Below are positions 55,935-64,000 of a DNA stretch of 64,000 nt, piece by piece. Both the position numbers and the translations under genes were made by a program. The stretch is from the NCBI GenBank assembly GCA_950097015.1, contig CATNEN010000012.1, forward strand, positions 3,658,001-3,722,000, written 5' to 3'. Every line of letters starts with the position of its first letter. The first letter of the stretch is position 1. A model generated the notes under the pieces. It saw only the letters and a list, made by a program, of their open reading frames with translations, was not told the origin of the DNA and searched no databases. This DNA is from Macrostomum hystrix. Taxonomy: Eukaryota; Animalia; Platyhelminthes.

Positions 55935-56239
55935 GCAATTAGGCATGTTAAAGGTGAAATAATATTTTTCTGCAACCGCAAGTCACGTGTACTACACGAA
56001 AAGAAAAAAAACCGAAAAAGTGATGTTAATAAAACCCTACGCCCGGGCGGCGTTTGGGCGTACAGCGGGGGCGTATAGGAAAATCACCTGCGCCCCAAAA
56101 AGCTGTCCCACCGGGGGGCTTGTAGTCGTCGCAGCCGTTGCAGAGGGTCTGCTGCTGCTGCCTGAGCCACTTCTCGATAGCGCGGGTAATCATGGACCTC
56201 GGCACCGGGAGCCGGATCACCCGATGGCCGTTTCCAGGA

Positions 56240-56470
56240 CTGTCACCACCTTGGCGAGCTGATTCACGAGCTCGTTGCCAAGCATGTTTCTGTGGCCCGG
56301 GGTCCAGATCAGGTTGACCCTGTTGACAACCGCTAGGGTTTGCATGCTGTTGAAGCACTCTGCCACCGCCTTGATGGCGGCTTGACTGTCGGAGTACATG
56401 TAAATAGACTGATTGCAGATATTCGCCTCAATGAGATGCTTAGCCTGAAATACCGAGGTGTTCTCACCAA
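56240..56470 (-). pseudogene. Non-LTR retrotransposon RNase H fragment
   Basis: TSVFQA...[13 protein letters not shown]...LIWTPGH..MLGNE..NQLAK; unrelated to the U5 element, which lacks RNase H. Confidence 0.75.
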
Positions 56471-56859
56471 GATGCAGGCTCTCCTGAAGCTGCCAAGAAA
56501 CCGGAAGGACACCTTCCCGCTAAACTCAAAATTTTCCGAACAATTGTAGGCTGACTGGGCTGTCCCCGATATTGTAAATTGAAACCGTACGGCCGCACAT
56601 ACTCGTACTTGTACGGAGAGAGCTTAGCTCAATGGATGAAATGCGCATTATTGACAATCTTGACATGAAAAATAAAATCTTCGTCGAAAGAACAATCACG
56701 TTACTCAGATTAATGTACAGATGATAGAGTCTTGATAAACTGTGAAAATCAAATCAAACTGTGAAAATCTTCCCTACTGTGAAGTAGGGAAACAAGGACT
56801 TGAAAATCTGTATCTTAGTAGAAAGTTATTGTATACAAAGTTTGGGATCATTTTGGGGG

Positions 56860-57046
56860 GTCAGTGGCAGAGCGATCTAACGCGTTTGCCTCTCGTGCCA
56901 AGGTCCCTGAGCTCGATTCCGCGGTGAAACACCTGTGTCAGGGCAGGTGTACACACCTGTGTGCGCGTGTGCTCTGGAGTTAGCGAAATGGGCAGAATTG
57001 CCTCCTCGCTGGCTGCGGGTCTAGTGTCACCAAATGATGTTCCATT
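56860..57046 (+). mobile_element. tRNA-derived SINE, family A (copy 2, shorter internally)
   Basis: TGGCAGAGCG (A-box) ... GAGCTCGATTCC (B-box-like); homologous to 9195-9521. Confidence 0.7.
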
Positions 57047-57177
57047 TGACCACAGCCCTCCTGCAATTATTTTTTTTATTAGAATCATTAACCACGAAAA
57101 TCATTCAACTCTAAATTTTGTGACCTTGTTACACATTCCAGCTGCTTTTCCCATAATTGAATTTGATTTTCATCCAG

Positions 57178-58090
57178 TCACCACCGAGTGAACTCATCGC
57201 CGTGCAGCAGTTCGTGACTCCGCCGGTAGGTCAGCAGCCGCTCCTCCATCGGAGCTGTTCGACCTCCGCGGCCGCCTCCGCCGGTAGCGCCGCCGATTCC
57301 GCCGCCACCGCCTCTGGCAATGAGCCGACTGCGGGCGTAGCTGTCGAACAATGTAGTCGGCACCAGCCGGGTCTCGGAGTCGCCGGCGCCGCCGACCTTC
57401 ACCATTCGCGACACCAGCTGAAGCCAACGTCGCCTGATCCGGTGCGCACGATAGGCGCGCTGAACCTTCACGGCCGCGGCCTCAAGCTCGTGGACTCGGC
57501 GCCGACCAGCTTTCTGACAATGGAATGGGGATCAGATGGATGCTGCTGACCTAATAGCCAGCTAAGCCGATAGTTTGAGCTCAGTGCTGAGAGCTTCGGA
57601 CTAAGTAAACTAGAGGTCCGGAGTTCGAGTCTTAGCCTACTTAAATTAATAATAGTGAATTGATTGCACCAGTTGTGTAAGGCTGTTCAGTCCGTGGTCT
57701 GGGGGGACGTCACACCCACCGTCAATTATCCTATCTAATGCTGGTACCCGTCTAATAGCTGGGTGAACTGAAGCAATGCAGAGTTAAGTGTCTTGCTGAA
57801 GGACACAATTTTTTCTAGTGGATTCGGGAATCGAACCCCCGACCCTGTCGCACCTTCAGGTCGTTGCCAATGAGGTAGGCCCTGACTGTGCCAGTTTCAG
57901 CCGCAGTGGCGGCTGCAGTTGGCGCCGACTCCTGATAGATCTCCTGCAGCCGGTCCTCGCTGTTGACAGTGTCGGCCACCTGGTCCTTGAAGCTGTCCAA
58001 GTACTGGGCGTACTCGCGCAGGCCGGCGGCTTCTGTTTCGCACATTCCAGCCAATCGGTCGCGGTCAAATTGGCGTCCGTTGGTTGCCAT
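57178..58090 (-). CDS. Small IQ-motif protein (two coding exons, ~190 aa)
   Basis: Exon 58090-57854 (MATNGRQ...GNDLK) spliced in phase 0 to 57513-57178 (KAGRRRVHELEAAAVKVQRAYRAHRIRRRW, an IQ motif). Possible 5' exon with a donor near 59325. Confidence 0.55.
57575..57640 (+). mobile_element. tRNA-like SINE head or tRNA pseudogene
   Basis: GAGCTCAGTGCTGAGAGC ... GGAGTTCGAGTC. Confidence 0.4.
57710..57850 (-). mobile_element. tRNA-derived SINE, family B (copy 2)
   Basis: Minus strand GGGTTCGATTCCC...GTGTCCTTCAGCAAGACACTTAACTCTGCATTGCTTCAGTTCACCCAGCT, CORE-like. Confidence 0.7.
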
Positions 58091-58224
58091 GGTGACGGGC
58101 CTGAGAGCCTTTCGGCCGGATGGGGCGAAGTTTTAGAAGCACCTTCAATGAGCTTTCTGCTCTTAAAGAGGCCTGTGTCACGACTAACTGAAGGAGAGGG
58201 CAATCATCAACTGTGATGAGTGGT

Positions 58225-59210
58225 CCAATGTAACGATTAGTCTGGGAGAAGACAACCACCAATGTAATGATTGTTCTGGGAGAGGACAATGACCAATGTA
58301 CCGATTGGTCTGGGAGAGGACAATGACCAATGTACCGATTGGTCTGGGAGAGGACAATGACCAATGTACCGATTGGTCTGGGAGAGGACAATGACCAATG
58401 TACCGATTGGTCTGGGAGAGGACAATGACCAATGTAACGATTAGTCTGGGAGAGGACAATGACCAATGTACCGATTGGTCTGGGAGAGGACAATGACCAA
58501 TGTACCGATTGGTCTGGGAGAGGACAATGACCAATGTACCGATTGGTCTGGGAGAGGACAATGACCAATGTACCGATTGATCTGGGAGAGGACAATGACC
58601 AATGTACCGATTGGTCTGGGAGAGGACAATGACCAATGTACCGATTGATCTGGGAGAGGACAATGACCAATGTACCGATTGGTCTGGGAGAGGACAATGA
58701 CCAATGTACCGATTGGTCTGGGAGAGGACAATGACCAATGTACCGATTGGTCTGGGAGAGGACAATCATCATGTACCGATTGGTCTGGGAGAGGACAATG
58801 ACCAATGTACCGATTGGTCTGGGAGAGGACAATGACCAATGTACCGATTGATCTGGGAGAGGACAATGACCAATGTACCGATTGGTCTGGGAGAGGACAA
58901 TGACCAATGTACCGATTGGTCTGGGAGAGGACAATCATCATGTACCGATTGGTCTGGGAGAGGACAATGACCAATGTACCGATTGGTCTGGGAGAGGACA
59001 ATGACCAATGTACCGATTGGTCTGGGAGAGGACAATCATCATGTACCGATTGATCTGGGAGAGGACAATGACCAATGTACCTATTGGTCTGGGAGAGGAC
59101 AATGACCAATGTACCGATTGGTCTGGGAGAGGACAATCATCATGTACCGATTGGTCTGGGAGAGGACAATGACCAATGTACCGATTGGTCTGGGAGAGGA
59201 CAAAGACCAT
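58225..59210. repeat. Minisatellite, 34 bp unit with internal inverted repeat
   Basis: CTGGGAGAGGACAATGACCAATGTACCGATTGGT; each unit contains GACCAAT-N6-ATTGGTC. Confidence 0.96.
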
Positions 59211-59874
59211 TACAGGAATTTCCTAAATAGGGTTTGACAGTTTATACTGGTAAATAGCTGTACACAATATTTCCATTCTAGTCGGATTGCTAGACTAAGA
59301 AATAAACAAAGTGGACAACTCACCTCTCTGGTTCACTGAAGTCTTGCAACAAGTCGCTCACACAAACACTCAGTCACAAAAGGTCCAATGTCCATATTTC
59401 TAGCATTTGCGAGAGCATTTGCGGGGGCCAGAGCGAGAAAGCAGGTTGAGGTTTTTGAGTTGAGTTGGTCATTGTGCCTTGTGCACACAAAAGACTACTT
59501 TAATTGGAAAGGACTGTACTCAATATTGTACTCAAATTGTGAATGCACCGCGCAGTATAATATTCTTCAAATGCTTCTCTCTTTCGATTTCTGACCATTA
59601 AAGATGGAGAAGCAAATATATCAAAAAACATACTGACCATACTACTAAACGAGTGAGTTAGTAGCACAACATGTATAGAATACTTGTATTTTTTCCCGAG
59701 AGAAACTAACTGACCAATCAGAAGCATGCTGTGATTTAGTTGTCAGTGGCAAAGCACTGGATATATAGGCCCCCAAAAACACTAACAAGACTGACGAACA
59801 TTATCTTAATGCTTTAAAAGAAAAGAGCTATCGCTTAAAGTTTTTAGCAAGCTGGTAAGTCAAGGTGAATAAAA

Positions 59875-60055
59875 TAAACAGTAAACTGTAAACAGTAAAC
59901 TGTAAACAGTAAACTGTAAACAGTAAACTGTAAACAGTAAACTGTAAACAGTAAACTGTAAACAGTAAACTGTAAACAGTAAACTGTAAACAGTAAACTG
60001 TAAACTGTAAACTGTAAACTGTAAACTGTAAAATTGTAAACAGTAAACTGTAAAA
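59875..60055. repeat. Tandem repeat, 14/7 bp unit
   Basis: GTAAACTGTAAACA, just upstream of the TH start codon. Confidence 0.93.
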
Positions 60056-60100
60056 TTTAAACTACGAGCTGTAATTTCTGTAAAATGTAGAAGCTTCACG

Positions 60101-63100
60101 ATGACCAGCACCAACTGCAGCAACAGCGGCAAGGTCACTGGCGGTGGGGGCAGCATTGAATCGAAAAGGCGACTGCGGTATCAGAAGAGCTACAGTGTGG
60201 AAATTCAGGTTTCATAATTTTGAAATGATTTTGAAATGAAATGATACTTCTATGATTCTTAGCTCGCTCAATAGCCCCAATTCACCCCCGACGATCAAAC
60301 ACACAGTCCCACAATCCCAAACACATTCTCAGAATCGCAAGCACATTCCCAGCATCGAAAAGACATTGCAAGCATCCAAAACACATTCCCAGCATCGCAA
60401 AGACATTGCAAGCATCCCAAACATATTCCCAGCATCTCAAACACATTCCCAGCATCTCAAACACATTCTCAACATCCCAAACACATTCCCAACATATCAA
60501 ACACATTCCCTGCACTTCAAACACATTCCCAGCATCTCAAACACATTCCCAGCATCTCAAACACATTCCCAGCACTTCAAACACATTCCCAGTATCGCAA
60601 ATACATTCCCAACATCTCAAACACATTCCCATAATATTCCCCGAACACTATGCCGCCAGAAACACGACGAGCGCCGCGACAGCCTGATCGCAGATGCGTT
60701 CAAAGAGGCACGCATCAACGAGGAGGTGGCCCGCAGTCTGGAGCGGGAGGAGCAGGAGGCCTCCGTGCTGCTCAGCATGAAGCGATACGCTACGGTGGTG
60801 AAGGCCAGTCTCCAGCCAGGAGCTGGCGTGTCCATGGCAGTGCGCGAGCTGCTGCTGCACACTGAGGTAAGGGATGGGGATGGAGGAGGGAGAAGGATGT
60901 TTCTGATCGATTTCAGTCAGCTCTGTAAATGTGTCAGTTCTGTGAATGTGTCAGTTCCGTGAATGTGTCAGTTCTGTGAATGTATCAGTTCTGTGAATGT
61001 GTCAGTTCTGTGAATGTGTCAGTTCCGTGAATGTATCAGTTCTGTGAATGTGTCAGTTCCGTGAATGTTTTAGTTCAGTGAATTTGTCAGTTCTGTGAAT
61101 GTTTCAGTTCTGTGAATGTGTCAGCTATGTGAATGTGTCAGTTCTGAGAATGTGTCAGTTCTGTGAATGTGTCAGTCAGTTCTGTGAATGTGTCAGCTCC
61201 GTGAATGTGTCAGTTCTGTGAATGTGTCAGTCAGTTCTGTGAATGTGTCAGTCAGCTCTGTGAATGTGTCAGTCAGTTCTGTGAATGTGTCAGTCAGCTC
61301 TGTGAATGTGTCAGTCAGCTCTGTGAATGTGTCAGTTCTGTGAATGTGTCAGTCAGCTCTGTGAATGTGTCAGTCAGTTCTGTGAATGTGTCAGTCAGTT
61401 CTGTGAATGTGTTAGTCAGCTCTGTGAATGGGCCAGTCAGTTCTGTGAATGTGTTAGTCAGCTCTGTGAATGTGTCAGTCAGCTCTGTGAATGTGTCAGC
61501 TCCGTGAATGCTTCAGTTCTGTGAATGTGTCAGCTCCGTGAATGCTTCAGTTCTGTGAATGTGTCAGCTCCGTGAATGTGTCAGTTCTGTGAATGTGTCA
61601 GTCAGTTCTGTGAATGTGTCAGTCAGCTCTGTGAATGTGTCAGTCAGTTCTGTGAATGTGTCAGTCAGCTCTGTGAATGTGTCAGTCAGCTCTGTGAATG
61701 TGTCAGTTCTGTGAATGTGTCAGTCAGTTCTGTGAATGTGTTAGTCAGCTCTGTGAATGTGTCAGTCAGCTCTGTGAATGTGTCAGTCAGTTCTGTGAAT
61801 GTGTTAGTCAGCCCTGTGAATGTGTCAGTCAGCTCTATGAATGGGTCAGTCAGCTCTGTGAATGTGTCAGTCAGTTCTGTGAATGTGTCAGTCAGCTCTG
61901 TGAATGTGTCAGTCAGCTCTGTGAATGTGTCAGGCAGTTCTGTGAATGTGTCAGGCAGTTCTGTGAATGTGTCAGGCAGTTCTGTGAATGTGTTAGTCAG
62001 TTCTGTGAATGTGTCAGTCAGTTCTATGAATGTGTTAGTCAGCTCTGTGAATGGGCCAGTCAGTTCTGTGAATGTGTTAGTCAGTTCTGTGAATGTGTCA
62101 GTCAGTTCTGTGAATGTGTCAGTCAGCTCTGTGAATGTGTCAGTCAGTTCTGTGAATGTGTCAGTCAGCTCTGTGAATGTGTTAGTCAGCTCTGTGAATG
62201 GGCCAGTCAGTTCTGTGAATGTGTTAGTCAGCTCTGTGAATGGGCCAGTCAGTTCTGTGAATGTGTTAGTCAGCTCTGTGAATGTGTCAGTCAGTTCTGT
62301 GAATGTGTCAGTCAGTTCTGTGAATGTGTTAGTCAGCTCTGTGAATGTGTCAGTCAGCTCTGTGAATGTGTCAGTCAGCTCTGTGAATGTGTCAGTCAGT
62401 TCTGTGAATGTGTCAGTCAGTTCTGTGAATGTGTCAGTCAGTTCTGTGAATGTGTCAGTGTGGGGATGTCAACTGTGGGATGTGGGCTGTTAGTGTGTCA
62501 GTATAGTGAGATCCTTACTTGAGCAATTTTCTTTGCAATGCGAAACGCACTTGAAGCCGCAGGCAGCAGCTAAGCAGTTATTTTTAGTCTTCACTGAGAA
62601 TCTCAGTTTGACAGAAAAAAATAAAATATCGGACCAGCTCAGTCGGCCTCAATCAATCGCAGTTCTCAGACTGCATGACTCGGGCATTGAAATGGAGAGT
62701 TTCACTTTGCAGCAGGAATCGGACCAGTGATGGAACACGAGCTCAGAGTCTGCTTACCGGATGTGGCGGGCGGATGAGGCAAAAGGAGGACAATAAGCTG
62801 CTGGGTTAGATATCAGGGAATCGCTTGGGGTCCCGCTGAAAGGAAGTTTGCGCACTCAGTAAGGAACTCCAGGTCAATTCTTCTCCATTGCTTATTTGGC
62901 AAAGAGGAAACCGGGTGCCAAACTTACTGTTTGGGGCGGCCTTCGCGATGGAGTTTGCATGCACCGTTTTTTTTACTCCAACGGGACGGAAAGCTGTTCT
63001 GGTCCCGGATACCAGCCGAGATGGGGTTCTCAGGTTGGGTCCCTTAAGAATTTCAGTCCACCTGCGTGTCGCCAAGGTGGGCGATTTCTACGAAATCTAG

Positions 63101-63711
63101 CCTTTGAAGGAAGCCAACAAAAAGGAAACACGAAACTTAAATTTACTGTTACAATGGCTTTGAAAAGAAACAGACGGAGAAAAGGGACCCCCGCGCACTG
63201 TAGATTTCAGGCGGAAGAAGCGACCCTTCTCAAGAATGACAGTTCTCAATAACGATCCTTTTCAAGAGTGAAGCTTCTCAAGAGTGACCCTTCTCAAGAG
63301 TGACCCTTCTCAAGAGTGACCCTTCTCAAGAGTGACCCTTCTCAAGAGTGACCCTTCTCAAGAGTGACCCTTCTCAAGAGTGAAGCTTCTCAAGAGTGAC
63401 CCTTCTCAAGAGTGAAGCTTCTCAAGAGTGACCCTTCTCAAGAGTGACCCTTCTCAAGAGTGACCCTTCTCAAGAGTGACCCTTCTCAAGAGTGACACTT
63501 GTCAAAATTAAGAATCGGATCCTGACCACAATGCAACAGCTTCAGGCAGTGGAGCTGGTGCACATGGAGTGCCGCGGCTCGGCCTCTACCATAGACATCC
63601 TGCTGGTCACCAAGTGCACGGAGGCCGGCTACGAGGCGCTGGTTCGAGCCCTCTCCGGCCTGCCACAGGTAGTCTCAGTACTGCAGGAGAACAAAGACTC
63701 TGCTAAACCAG
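60101..63711 (+). CDS. TH: Tyrosine hydroxylase-like aromatic amino acid hydroxylase, 5' exons (continues past window)
   Basis: Exons 60101-60208, 60660-60866 and 63513-63711. YQKSYSVE and RRDSLIADAFKE match invertebrate TH N-terminal motifs (KSYSIE; RRxSLxxDA), followed by an ACT-like regulatory domain (VHMECRGS...IDILLV). The catalytic domain is outside the window. Confidence 0.75.
60300..60630. repeat. Intronic minisatellite, 21 bp unit
   Basis: AACACATTCCCAGCATCTCAA variants. Confidence 0.92.
60925..62460. repeat. Intronic minisatellite, 21/17 bp units (~1.5 kb)
   Basis: TCAGTCAG(T/C)TCTGTGAATGTG. Confidence 0.97.
63225..63495. repeat. Intronic minisatellite, 16 bp unit
   Basis: TGACCCTTCTCAAGAG, ending next to the acceptor at 63512. 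Confidence 0.95.
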
Positions 63712-63789
63712 GTGAGCGATTAGACCTACGAATCCTCAGCAAGAAATAAGTAAGTAGATGAAGCAGCTAACCTTGATCCCAAGACTGTA

Positions 63790-64000
63790 AAACCCCCATT
63801 CTATAAAATCACAGTCTATAAAGTCACCAGTCCTTAAGATCCCAGTCTATAAGATCCCAGTCTATAAAATCCCAGTCTATAAGATCCCAGTCTATAAGAT
63901 CCCAGTCTATAAGATCCCAGTCTATAAGATCCCAGTCTATAAGATCCCAGTCTATAAGATCCCAGTCTATAAGATCCCAGTCTATAAAATCCCAGTCTAT
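63790..64000. repeat. Intronic minisatellite, 15 bp unit
   Basis: CCCAGTCTATAAGAT; runs off the window end. Confidence 0.95.

Noticed and set aside
58065-62522. Repetitive ORFs over the 34-mer and 21-mer arrays (also at 49650 and 53301)
   Set aside because: Repeat translations in several frames at once.

Overview
Eukaryotic (animal) genomic DNA: GC-rich exons, GT-AG introns, and a different minisatellite in most introns. The style resembles a free-living flatworm such as Macrostomum (inference only). Four host genes: a sortilin/VPS10-type receptor (+, 6021-16435), an SLC4-family anion transporter (-, ~48730-18742), a small IQ-motif protein (-, 58090-57178) and the 5' part of tyrosine hydroxylase (+, from 60101). 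The main feature lies in a 20.9-kb SLC4 intron: a U5 snRNA gene (20143-20261) followed by three head-to-tail, ORF-intact ~6.5-kb non-LTR retrotransposons (Jockey/I-group-like, APE+RT). Every copy's AAC tail is joined to the same U5 position, just 3' of loop 1 (CCTTTTACT|AAAGATTT). Every copy starts with the 3' part of U5, so an insertion would rebuild a complete U5 gene and a fresh target upstream of itself. ORF1 also carries an AlkB (ALKBH2/3-like) dioxygenase domain with all catalytic motifs, ahead of an RGG tract and three zinc knuckles. Also present: a deleted THAP/P-like element, a MITE, two SINE families, and CACTA-like and RNase H relics. No database searches were run, so family names rest on recognised motifs and novelty is unverified.
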